Assembly: GCA_005792545.1 (NCBI GenBank) | Contig: SXRM01000319.1 | Coordinates: forward strand, 696 to 64,695 | DNA from: Pseudomonadota bacterium | GTDB taxonomy: Bacteria > Myxococcota_A > UBA9042 | Length of the DNA: 64,000 nucleotides | Reading direction: 5' to 3' | Shown: in pieces, positions 45,639 through 55,700 of the stretch | Numbering within the stretch: the first letter of the stretch is position 1 | Layout: the number at the start of each line of letters is the position of its first letter | The notes under the pieces: generated by a model | Databases searched by the model: none | The model's input: the letters and a program-made list of their open reading frames with translations, nothing else | What the model was told of the DNA's origin: nothing | Program-made: the position numbers and the translations under genes

Positions 45639-47153
45639 TTAGCCTCGCCGTGACAAGGCCAGCTTGTACACCTCGACGTACTTTTGCGCGGACGTGCGCC
45701 ACGAAAAGTCCGCCGCCATCGCGGTCTGCTGCATTTGCCGCCAGACGTCGGGCTGGGTGTAGTAGACCTCCAGCGCGCGGTCGATGGCCCACTGCAGCCC
45801 TGTGTGGGTGTCGTGCTCGTAGGTAAAGCCGGTGGCAGTCTTTTCGGCCACGGTGCGGTTGGTCGCCGGCACCACCGAGTCAAACAGGCCGCCGACGGCG
45901 CGCACGATGGGCAAGGTCCCGTAGCGCATCGCGTACATCTGCGTGAGGCCACACGGCTCGTAGCGCGATGGCATGACGATGCAGTCCGCGCCCGCCTGCA
46001 GCACGTGGGCCAAGTCAGGCTCAAAGCCAATCCGCACCCGCACGTGGTTGGGAAACTGGTTTTCCAGCGCCTGATAGCGATCCTCGAGTGGCGGTTCGCC
46101 TTTGCCGAGCAGGATCACGCGCACCGACCGGTTGGCCAGGTAGGGCACCAGATCGGCAAGCAGGTCCAGGCCTTTCTGTTTCGACAGCCGCGACACCACG
46201 CCCAACACCGGATGGCGGTCGGCCCCATCCATCTTGGCCATCGCCAGCACGGTACGGCGGCAGCCCTCTTTGCCCGCCATGTCCTTGGCGGAGAACTTGT
46301 GGCTCAGGTACTTGTCTTTGGCGGGATTCCACAGGTCGGTGTCGATGCCGTTCAGGATGCCAAACAGCCGGCGGCCGTGGTGGTTCAGCACGCCGTCCAG
46401 GCGCTCGCCGAACTCGGGGGTGCGGATTTCTTCGGCGTAGCGCGGGCTGACGGTAGTAATCGCGTCGGCGGCGGCGATGCCGCCCTTGAGCCAGTTCAGG
46501 TGGCCGTAGAACTCCAGGCGTTCGGGGTGCAGGAAGCTGGTGTCCAGGCCGATCGTCGCCAACTCGTGGACCGGAAAGAGCCCCTGATACGCGAGGTTGT
46601 GGATCGTAACCACCGACGCAGTGCGCGGCAGCAGGCGCCGGTACGGCCCTTCAAGGTAGAGCGGCAGCAGCGAAGCGTGCCAGTCGTGCGCGTGCACGAT
46701 GTCGGGGTGACCGCCTAGCAGGCGATGAGCGGTATTGAGCACAGCCCGCGCAAACGTCGAATAGCGCGCCGCGTCGTCGCTGTGACCGTAGATGCCGTCG
46801 CGGTCGAAAAGCACCGGACAGTCCACGGCGTAGGTGCTGACGGTGCCGTGCTCCGGGCGCACGGCTTCGAACTTGCCGCTGGTTAGCGCCACCTGCCGTG
46901 GTTCATCGGCAATGCGAAAGACGCGCGCATCGACGCGATGGCCGCCCATCCACACGTGCGAAACGGCGCCGGTATCGACCAGCCGAGCACCGCGCGCGCC
47001 GACGGTCTGGCGAACTTGACGGTACAGCGGCACATACACCGCAACGTCGTGGCCCAGCGCGGCCAGTGCCTTGGGCAGCGCGGCCGCGACCTCGCCGAGT
47101 CCACCAGTAGAGACCCACGGCGTCAGTTCGGCCGCCGCAAACGCGATGCGCAT
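45639..47153 (-). CDS. glgA: glycogen synthase (ADP-glucose type)
   Basis: MRIAFAAAELTPWVSTGGLGEVAAALPKAL and the C-terminal GT1 blocks PSRYEPCGLTQMYAMRYGT. Confidence 0.92.
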   Translation of the reverse strand: MRIAFAAAELTPWVSTGGLGEVAAALPKALAALGHDVAVYVPLYRQVRQTVGARGARLVDTGAVSHVWMGGHRVDARVFRIADEPRQVALTSGKFEAVRPEHGTVSTYAVDCPVLFDRDGIYGHSDDAARYSTFARAVLNTAHRLLGGHPDIVHAHDWHASLLPLYLEGPYRRLLPRTASVVTIHNLAYQGLFPVHELATIGLDTSFLHPERLEFYGHLNWLKGGIAAADAITTVSPRYAEEIRTPEFGERLDGVLNHHGRRLFGILNGIDTDLWNPAKDKYLSHKFSAKDMAGKEGCRRTVLAMAKMDGADRHPVLGVVSRLSKQKGLDLLADLVPYLANRSVRVILLGKGEPPLEDRYQALENQFPNHVRVRIGFEPDLAHVLQAGADCIVMPSRYEPCGLTQMYAMRYGTLPIVRAVGGLFDSVVPATNRTVAEKTATGFTYEHDTHTGLQWAIDRALEVYYTQPDVWRQMQQTAMAADFSWRTSAQKYVEVYKLALSRRG

Positions 47154-47203
47154 GCAATCCTCTCAAATCTGGGAACGAAGATTAGGGCCTGGCGGGGCCC
47201 CGG

Positions 47204-48574
47204 CTAGCGGATGGCGTCGTTGCTGTGCCGCGTCGAGCGCACGAACAAGCCCTTGGCAGCGGCGATAGTCTCAGCGGTGCTCGGGTCCTGCTCCAGCATC
47301 GACACCATGTCCTGGGCAATCTCGATCGGGCCTTCTTTGGGGACCAGCGTGCCTTTGGGCAGGATGACGATTCCCTTGTCGGTCACGAATGGAAAGCGCT
47401 TCTTGTCCGCCTCTGGGTCAAAGCCAATCGTGGTGCCTTCGCTGATGACCACGTTGGTGTCGGCGAGTACATTCTTGACCCAGCAGTGGCGCCCGACGCG
47501 GTCGCGGCCGCAGAACACGCTGTTTTCGATGCTGGCGAAACGGTGAAAGTAGCAGTCGAGCCCGGCGATGGTGCCGACCAGCATGGCGCCCGACACGATG
47601 GTGCCCTCGCACACCAGTGAATCGACCACCTGACCGAACTCGCGCTGCTTGCCGGCGAGTACGAACTTGGCAGGCGGCAACTGCGACGGCACGCTGCGTA
47701 TCGGCCACTTGCGGTTGTACAGGTTGAAGGCGGGCAGCACCGCGCGCAGGTCCATGGTGGCTTCAAAGTAACTGTCGATGGTGCCGACGTCGCGCCAGTA
47801 CGGCTTGGCGTCCGCGCTCTCGCCCGGCACTTTGTTGGTCGCAAAGTCGTAGGTGAATACCCGCGCGCCGGCTTTGACCATCTGCGGGATGATGTCCTTG
47901 CCGAAGTCGTGGCTGCTATCGGTGCGCGCTGCATCGATAACCAGCACCTCTTCGAGCACTTTGCGCTTGAAGAAGTAGTTGCCCATCGACACCAGACAAC
48001 TGTCTGGCTGGCCAGGAATCGTCGCGGGGTTGGTCTTGGGCTTTTCTTGAAAACCGGTGATGCGCCCGGCCGCGTCGACCTGGATGACGCCAAAGTGGTG
48101 CGCCTCTTCTTTGGGCACCGGAAACGCCGCGACGGTCAAATCGGCGTCCAACGCGACGTGGTGGGCCTCCATCTGGTCCACGGCAATCTTGTAGATGTGG
48201 TCGCCGCCGAACACCGCCACGTGCTCAGCATGGTCATCGTGGATAAGATTGAGGTTCTGGTACACCGAATCGGCCGTGCCGACGTACCAATGCTCACCGC
48301 GGCGCATCTGCGCGGGCACAGGCTCGATGAACTGATCGGGCAGGATGCCGCCCAAGTTCCAGGTTAGATTCAAGTGGCGAATCAGCGACGACGCCATGTA
48401 CTGGGTCAGCACGTGGATGCGGTAGTAGCCAGAGTTGACGAAGTTCGACAGCACGAAGTCGATGATGCGATAGCGGCCGCCAAACGGGACCGCAGGCTTG
48501 GCGCGGTGCGAGGTCAGCGGGGCTAGCCGCGTGCCTTTGCCGCCGGCCATGATCATCACAAGCGTGCGTGCCAT
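47204..48574 (-). CDS. glgC: glucose-1-phosphate adenylyltransferase
   Basis: ATG at 48574 (MARTLVMIMAGGKGTRLAPLTSHRAKPAVPFGGRYRIIDFVLSNFVNSG). Lies upstream of glgA on the same strand. Confidence 0.92.
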   Translation of the reverse strand: MARTLVMIMAGGKGTRLAPLTSHRAKPAVPFGGRYRIIDFVLSNFVNSGYYRIHVLTQYMASSLIRHLNLTWNLGGILPDQFIEPVPAQMRRGEHWYVGTADSVYQNLNLIHDDHAEHVAVFGGDHIYKIAVDQMEAHHVALDADLTVAAFPVPKEEAHHFGVIQVDAAGRITGFQEKPKTNPATIPGQPDSCLVSMGNYFFKRKVLEEVLVIDAARTDSSHDFGKDIIPQMVKAGARVFTYDFATNKVPGESADAKPYWRDVGTIDSYFEATMDLRAVLPAFNLYNRKWPIRSVPSQLPPAKFVLAGKQREFGQVVDSLVCEGTIVSGAMLVGTIAGLDCYFHRFASIENSVFCGRDRVGRHCWVKNVLADTNVVISEGTTIGFDPEADKKRFPFVTDKGIVILPKGTLVPKEGPIEIAQDMVSMLEQDPSTAETIAAAKGLFVRSTRHSNDAIR

Positions 48575-48806
48575 CGTCGTCCTCAAGCTACGGCCGCCAG
48601 CCGCGGCAGCGAGTGTGGCGCAAAGCGGGGCAGGTGTCGAACAAACGGAATGCCGCGGGCCGAAACGGTTCCGGACAATCAGTGGCCACTCACCCATGGC
48701 CGTATGGCCGGCGGGTCGCGCGTCGGTTTTCACGCCGTCGCCCGCCGGCTATGCTGACGCGCACCGCACCGGCCGCAGGGCACGGGTCGCGGCGCCGGAG
48801 GCCCTG

Positions 48807-49679
48807 ATGCGCACGCTGACGCTGCTGCCGTGCCAGGACGACAGCGACGCTGCCGCGCGGTGCAAGCGCGAGCTGGGTTTGGACCGCGAATTGCTGGCGC
48901 TTTTGGGCCGATCGGCAGTGACGGCCGTGGCCGAGGGCGGTTATCCGGGCCCCGACGGCAGCTGGGTCGACTGGCGCGCCGCGGTGCAGGCCGCTATCGC
49001 CAGCAAGGACAGCCTCGCGCCAGATGCTCCGCTGCGCAAGGCGCCGCCCGTCACCTTCACCACCACGCGCGTGCAAGTGTGCAACGAGTCGACCATGGCG
49101 GCCGCGCGGCGCTTGCAAGAGCAGTATCCGCGGGTGCTGGCGCTCAATTTTGCCAATGGCGTCAACCCGGGCGGCGGGTTCTTGCACGGGGCGCGGGCTC
49201 AAGAAGAGGCGCTGTGCCGCTCGTCGGCCCTGTACGCGACGCTGGAAGGCGATCCGATGTACGCAGCGCACCGGGCGCGGCCGCGGCACGACTCGACGCC
49301 ATGGGCCATCTACTCGCCCGATGTGCCGTTTTTCCGTACCGACGAAGGCACGCCGCTGGTGGAGCCGTGGTTGCTGAGCGTGGTTACCTGCGCGGCACCG
49401 GTGGTGCCAGAAGTTCCCAAAGCCGAAGCCGCGGACCTGCTGGCCGAGCGAATACGGCGCGTGCTCGCCGTCGCCCACGCGTACGGGCACACCGCGCTCG
49501 TGCTAGGTGCTTGGGGCTGTGGCGCGTTCCGCAACGACCCACAGCGTGCGGCCAGGGATTTTCGCACGGCGCTCGAGGGCGAGTTCAGTGGCGCTTTCGC
49601 CCACGTCGTGTTTGCGATCGCCGACTGGTCGACTGAGCGCAAGTACTTGGGGCCTTTTCGCAATACTTTTGACGCCTAG
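48807..49679 (+). CDS. bacterial-type poly(ADP-ribose) glycohydrolase-like macrodomain protein (TIGR02452/DUF2263 family)
   Basis: ATG at 48807. LNFANGVNPGGGFLHGARAQEEALCRSSALY contains the GGG-x6-8-QEE PARG signature. C-terminal LGAWGCGAFRNDP. Confidence 0.75.
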   Translation: MRTLTLLPCQDDSDAAARCKRELGLDRELLALLGRSAVTAVAEGGYPGPDGSWVDWRAAVQAAIASKDSLAPDAPLRKAPPVTFTTTRVQVCNESTMAAARRLQEQYPRVLALNFANGVNPGGGFLHGARAQEEALCRSSALYATLEGDPMYAAHRARPRHDSTPWAIYSPDVPFFRTDEGTPLVEPWLLSVVTCAAPVVPEVPKAEAADLLAERIRRVLAVAHAYGHTALVLGAWGCGAFRNDPQRAARDFRTALEGEFSGAFAHVVFAIADWSTERKYLGPFRNTFDA

Positions 49680-49693
49680 CGCGCCACGCGGCG

Positions 49694-50947
49694 CTATCCG
49701 CCGCCCGGCAGCCACTGCTGCATCGGCACCCAGCCACCGAGCCGGCCTAGCTTTGCGGCGTGTAGCAGCCGGCAGTCCCGCGCCGCCAAGATCTCAGGCC
49801 AGCGCTGCTGCCACACCACATCGAAGTCGGCCGCGCTGTGGCACTCTCGCCAGATCGACTGGCAATGGCGCGTCAGGTCATTCTCGAAAAAGCGCGCCAG
49901 CGAGTCTGGCGCTGCGGGACCCGGACACCGCGACAGCGCAGCGCGTATAGGTCCGCATAGTTTTTCGACATCAGCAGCCGGAATTCGGTGTTGTGGCAGA
50001 CAGTGCAGCGTCAGGTCGTGACCCGGCACCACAGACAACGCGTGCAGTGCGCCGCGCACGCCAGGCAGGGCGCGCGCCCCCAGCCGCCACAGTTGCGGGC
50101 CAATCGCGCGACCAATCGCCGGCCGCGGCACGTTGATGAGCGCTTGGCCCTGGCACATGGCGTGCAGCCAGGGCCGCTCCCAAGCCACGAACCAGTTGTT
50201 CGGCTGCAGCACCGGCGCAAACGCGGGCGGCCGCCCCAGCGTCTGCTGCACCAGCGCGCAAAAACTCGCCGGTGTCGGAACCGTATCGAGCAGACCAGCG
50301 GCGTCTACGCCAAAACCCAACGCGGCCACCCACATCGGCAGTACCGCACCATCGCCAAGGCCTTCGCCAAGGCGCAACAGCAGGTGCAAATCCGAACGCA
50401 ATTCCTGAGGCAGTTGTGGCACGCTGAGCAGCAACGCAGGGCCAGGGTCATCCTGTCGCCACCAGCGCGGCGCATGGCCTGTGCGGTCGGCGACGAGCTG
50501 GGCCCACTGGGCCAGCAGGGGCCATTGCTCGGCGGCATCGCTGCCCAGTTCGCGCGACAGACCTGCCGCTTGGGCAAGAGTCAGCGCCTCGCGGCGTGGC
50601 TGGCGTTGCTCGATCGGCCAGTGTGCGCCCGCGGCCTCAAGGCGAACGGCCAATTCGCGACACCAGTCGTGCACGGTGCGCGCGGCCGAGACCTCGGTCC
50701 CGATTGGCAATTCGCCGTGGACGATCGCAACACCCCTCGGATCAGCGACTGCGGCCTCGACTGTCGCTCGGAACGGTGTAGGGCCCTCGACCACCACCGT
50801 CAGGCGGCGCTGCCCTGCCCCGCCCGCTACGGCCGTGACGGGCAACGTGGCGCGATCGGCCAGGAAGGCGCGCAACTGGATCGCCGTCAGCTCAAAGCCG
50901 GCCGTCTCGGTGAGTTCGGAGTTTGTCGGCTGGGGCGCGGACACCAT
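49694..50947 (-). CDS. hypothetical protein (Trp/Leu-rich, no recognised domain)
   Basis: 417-aa ORF with genome-typical codon usage. Convergent with the PARG-like gene (stops 14 nt apart) and divergent from the fibrinogen-like gene. Confidence 0.5.
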   Translation of the reverse strand: MVSAPQPTNSELTETAGFELTAIQLRAFLADRATLPVTAVAGGAGQRRLTVVVEGPTPFRATVEAAVADPRGVAIVHGELPIGTEVSAARTVHDWCRELAVRLEAAGAHWPIEQRQPRREALTLAQAAGLSRELGSDAAEQWPLLAQWAQLVADRTGHAPRWWRQDDPGPALLLSVPQLPQELRSDLHLLLRLGEGLGDGAVLPMWVAALGFGVDAAGLLDTVPTPASFCALVQQTLGRPPAFAPVLQPNNWFVAWERPWLHAMCQGQALINVPRPAIGRAIGPQLWRLGARALPGVRGALHALSVVPGHDLTLHCLPQHRIPAADVEKLCGPIRAALSRCPGPAAPDSLARFFENDLTRHCQSIWRECHSAADFDVVWQQRWPEILAARDCRLLHAAKLGRLGGWVPMQQWLPGGG

Positions 50948-51072
50948 GGCAAGAGCCTACGCGGGCGGCATTACGGCGTCGATGGCCCGGAGTTGGCAGC
51001 GCAGGGGCTCCGTCCCTGCCGCCAGCCGGCCTTTTGTGGCAAACTGTGAGCCCCACGCCCCCAGGAGGCTCC

Positions 51073-52719
51073 ATGTCGCGCATTCTGCCAGTCTTTTTCG
51101 CCGCTTTGGCCTTGATCGCTGCCGCGACGGCCCACGCCGAACCGATCCAACTGGCGGCGCAAGGCCGCCTGACTTCTGCGGGCGGCAGCCCGGTTGCTGA
51201 TGGTGGGTACGCGCTAGGCGTAGCCATCTACGACGTGCAGGCCGGCGGGGCGCCGCTGTGGAACGAGGCCTTTCTGTCGGTGCCGGTCCAGGGTGGCGTG
51301 TTTGCCGTCACGCTGGGCGGGGCGCTGAGCAAGCTCGACAGTGGCGTGCTGGCAAGCGGCAAAACGGCGTGGATCGGCGTCACCGTCGGCGCCGACCCTG
51401 AGTTGCCGCGCCAGCCGCTATTGCGCGTGCCCTCCGCAGTGCACGCCATGATCGCAGCGCAAGCAGGCGACCTGCAGTGCACGGGGTGCGTCGGCAGTGA
51501 CGACATCGCCAAAGCCGCGATCACCGGCGAGAAGATCGCCAAAGGCGCCGTCGACGCCAGCCATGTCAGCTTTGCGTGGGCTGGCGCGGAGAGTGCCGGC
51601 GGCGCCGCGACCTTCGCGCTGGGGGCCAATACCGCCAAGCTCGCCGACGCCGCCAAGAATGCGGAGAACGCCGCCTTTGCCGACGAAGCTGCCAGCGCCA
51701 AGAGCGTGCAGTGTACCGGCTGCATCACCGCCAAGCACCTGCACGACAAGGTGGCCGAGGACCTGGTGGCCGGCGGCAAGCTGGCCAAGGTCGCGACCAG
51801 CGGCAAGTACGCGGACTTGCAGGGTGGCCCTGATCTCAGCGGCTACGGCGCGCTTGCCGCGGCCAACAAGTGGACGCAACCCCAGGAGCTTGCGGCGGGT
51901 GGCAGCCTGGATGCGGCGCTGAATTTCAACGCCAACGAGGCCAAGCTACTGCGCCTGCAAAACGTCGACAAAGACCCAATCGCGTGCGACAGCAAAGCAA
52001 TCGGCGTGGTGTACTACAACACCGCAACGTCTTCGCTGATGGTGTGCAACGGCAAGCAATTCGCCGCGTTCGCCTATGCGATTGCCGTCGGCAGCGATCA
52101 GAAAGCGCCGGGCCAGTCGTGCCTCGACGTCCAGAGCAAGGCCGGCGCCAAGACCGACGGCTTGTACTGGATCGACCCCAACGGCGGCAGCAACGCCGAC
52201 GCCTTCCAGGCCTACTGCGACATGACCAAGGACGGCGGCGGCTGGACGCGCGTGATGTCGGCCAAATGGAAGTTCTTCTTTGGCGACACCAACTGGAATT
52301 CGCACAACCAGTCGGCGCCGATGGACCCCAACTACTCGATTCTCAACCACCGGGATTACTTCAAGAAAGATAAGACCTACACCTTCCGCTTGCAGGTCGG
52401 TCAGACCGGCGACTGGACCCACCCGGCCATCGACCACTTCACGGTCTGGACCCAGGACCACGATCCCTTCACTGCGGCGTCCAACGGCTCGGATTTCAAG
52501 CACATCGCCGGGACGCTCAGTTCGACGTGTGGCAACTTCAATGGGTTGCACAACAAGTACACCACCTACAGCTACACTTGCGATCCGGACACCAGCGACG
52601 CGGACGGTTGCTGGTGGATGCAGATCGTGCCGAAGAAGGACTACAACAACAGCGGCTACCTGGAAGGTTGGGGCGGCAGCGGCAACTATCACAACTGGCA
52701 AGTGTTGTGGATTCGCTAG
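51073..52719 (+). CDS. secreted protein with C-terminal fibrinogen-related (FReD/FBG-like) domain
   Basis: ATG at 51073 with AGGAGG at 51064-51069. Signal MSRILPVFFAALALIAAATAHA-EP. C-terminal SCLDVQSKAGAKTDGLYWIDPNGGSNADAFQAYCDMTKDGGGWTRV matches the fibrinogen C-domain core (..YCDM.TDGGGWTV). Confidence 0.8.
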   Translation: MSRILPVFFAALALIAAATAHAEPIQLAAQGRLTSAGGSPVADGGYALGVAIYDVQAGGAPLWNEAFLSVPVQGGVFAVTLGGALSKLDSGVLASGKTAWIGVTVGADPELPRQPLLRVPSAVHAMIAAQAGDLQCTGCVGSDDIAKAAITGEKIAKGAVDASHVSFAWAGAESAGGAATFALGANTAKLADAAKNAENAAFADEAASAKSVQCTGCITAKHLHDKVAEDLVAGGKLAKVATSGKYADLQGGPDLSGYGALAAANKWTQPQELAAGGSLDAALNFNANEAKLLRLQNVDKDPIACDSKAIGVVYYNTATSSLMVCNGKQFAAFAYAIAVGSDQKAPGQSCLDVQSKAGAKTDGLYWIDPNGGSNADAFQAYCDMTKDGGGWTRVMSAKWKFFFGDTNWNSHNQSAPMDPNYSILNHRDYFKKDKTYTFRLQVGQTGDWTHPAIDHFTVWTQDHDPFTAASNGSDFKHIAGTLSSTCGNFNGLHNKYTTYSYTCDPDTSDADGCWWMQIVPKKDYNNSGYLEGWGGSGNYHNWQVLWIR

Positions 52720-52753
52720 GCTAATCGAACCGTCCTGCCCACCAAGGAACCCC

Positions 52754-55700
52754 ATGAAAACCGGGATTTGGATTGCGCTGTGCGCGGTGTGCGCGGCTTG
52801 CGTTGGCGGGGGCGCTTCGGGTCCGGCTGCGGGCGGAGCCGCCCAGACCGGCGCCCAGGATAGCGCGGCGGCCTCCGCAGACGGTGCAGCCGTCACGGAC
52901 ACCACGGCCACCGGTGACACCACGGTGCAAGACGGCGGCGTTGCGCCGGATGGACCTGCTGTTGACGAGAGCGATACCGCGGCCGCAGATGTAGCGGGCG
53001 TAGACGCAGACGACGCTGCTGCCGAAATCGCCAAGCCGGTCGCCAAGCCCACCCTTGCGTTCACGTCGCCCAAGCCGGGGGCCAAGTTTGCGGTCGGGGC
53101 CACGGTCGACATTGCGCTGCAGGGTACCGTGGACCCGGTTGCGGTAACCAAGGCCAGCCTGGCCTGCAGCATCGACGGCAAAGAGGGCCTGTGCGCGGGT
53201 CTAGGCCTTACCTTTGGCGGCGGCGATCCGATCCCGGTGACCGTCCAACTGGCGGTCGTCGCCGAATTGCCGGGCGCACATTCGCTGACGGCGGCACTCG
53301 ATGATGGGCTGGGGGGCGTCGCCAAAGCCGAATTGACGTTTACCGTCAATGGCAAGCCGAGTGCCCCGGGAATGGACCTGCAGCCCAAAACGCCGACGGT
53401 GCTCGACGACATCGTGGCGGTACAGACCCAGGCGGCGGTCGACCCGGATGGTGACAAGCTGACGGTCAAGACCACCTGGCAAGTCAACGGCGCCGACAGC
53501 GGCGTCACTGGCGACACCTTTGGCAAAGGCAAGGCCAAAAAGGGCGACACCGTGACAGCCGTCGCCGTCGCCACGGACAGCGAAGGCAACGCCAGCGAAC
53601 CAGGCAAGGCGGAGGTCAAGATCGCCAACGCGGCGCCCGGCAAAGCCTCCGTGGCCGTCGGCGCTGCCAAGGCGGGATTCAAAGACAAACTCTCGGCAAA
53701 GATCGTCGTTGCGGCGACGGACCCGGATGGCGACGAGTTGGCCTACACGTACAGTTGGACAGTAGACGGCCAGGTGCTCGCCGGCCAGACAGCGCCTACG
53801 CTGGATCTAGCGACCGCCACCTGGCCGGCTGGCCAGCCCAAAAACGGCGCCGTCGTTCAGATTGGCTGCACGGTCAGCGACGGCGGCGCCACTACGCCGT
53901 GCGCGACCACGGGGGCTGGCGCGGTCTTGCAAGACGGCGACCCCTGTGGCGCGACACCCGCACCGTGCGCGACAGATGCCAGCTGCGCCAACGCCGACGG
54001 CAAGGCGGTCTGCACCTGCAAGCCGGGGTTCGTCGGCGACGGCAAGGCGTGCGTGGACACCGACGAATGCAAGGCCAGCACCGGGACATGCGACAAGAAC
54101 GCGGTCTGCGCCAACACACCGGGCTCCTTCACGTGTACGTGTGCCAAGGGCTATTCGGGCGACGGCAAGCTGTGCAGCGACGTCGATGAGTGCAAAGCCA
54201 GCCCGCCGCCCTGCGACAAGAATGCGATCTGCACCAACAGCCCAGGGACGTTTGGGTGTGCGTGCAACAAGGGCTTCACGGGCGACGGCAAGCTGTGCAG
54301 CGACGTCAACGAGTGCGCGACCAACAACGGTGGCTGCGGCGACCCCGCGGTGTTTGCGTGCGTGGATCAGCCGGCCGGCGCGACGCCCGTTTGCGGACAG
54401 CCCAAAGGCCCGAACTTGAACGAGGGCGATCTGATTGTGACCGAGATCATGGCCAACCCGGCCAAGGTGGCGGACGAAGTTGGCGAGTGGGTCGAGATCC
54501 GCAATACCACCGCGCAGTCGATCGCGCTAGCGGGTATTGTGGTTCGCTCCGGGCTGACGCAACAGTATGTGATCACGGGCAGCGCGACGCTGGGGGCCGG
54601 TCAGTTCTTGGTCATCGGCGCGAGCGCGGATGGCGCGCAAAACGGCGGTATCCCTGTTGGGCTGTCGTGGGCCGTGACGCCAGTCGCTGGCCAGATCAGC
54701 CTGGCCAACAACGCCGACGACGTGTGGCTGACCAGCAACGGCAAGACGCTCGACAAGGTGGCCTACGACATCGCCAAGGGCTGGCCCAACGTCAACGGCG
54801 CGTCGATGCAGTTGACCGCGACCAAGCTGACGGCGCTCGCCAACGACACCCCAGACAACTGGTGCGCCAGCGCGGCCGCCTTTGCGACAGGCTCTGACAA
54901 AGCCTCGCCGACCAAGGCCAACGCCACCTGCCCGCTCGACGCCGACAAAGACGGCATTGACGACCCGGTCGACAACTGCCCGAGCATCGCCAACGTCGAC
55001 CAGAAGGACGGCGACGGCGACAAGAAAGGCGACCTCTGCGACAACTGCGTGGCGGTGATCAACGCGGATCAAGGCGATGCGGATGACGACAAGATCGGCG
55101 ACAAGTGCGACAACTGCCCCGCGACAGCCAACGCGGATCAGAAGGACGGCGACGGCGACAAGATCGGCGACGCCTGCGACCCGAACCCTGGCCCGGTGTG
55201 CGGCAATTCCACCATCGAACCGCCCGAGACCTGCGACGATGGCAACCAGAAGCCGGGCGACGGCTGCGGCGCCGACTGCAAGAAGGAAGTCGTAGGCGGC
55301 TCCGTCTCTGTGGGCGACCTGGTGGTCAGCGAAATCATGGCCAACGGCAACGGCGGCAACGGCGACCTCGGCGAGTGGTTCGAGATCAGCAATGTCTCCA
55401 ACAAAAACCTGGACTTGAATGGCCTGTCGATCACCGGCAAGAGCAGCGACACGCCGATCGTCGTCAGCGTCAGCATCCCGATCAAGCCCGGCCAGGCACT
55501 GGTGTTCGCGCCTTCGAGCGACGTGACCAAGAATGGCGGCCACACGCCCGCCGTGACCTACACGCAAAGCAAGTTCCCGCTCGCCAACGACGCCGACACC
55601 ATCACCATCAACCTGGGCACCACGGTCATCGACACCGTGAGCTACGACACCAGCAGCGCCGGCAAATGGCCCTTCGTCACTGCCGGCAAGGCGCTACAGC

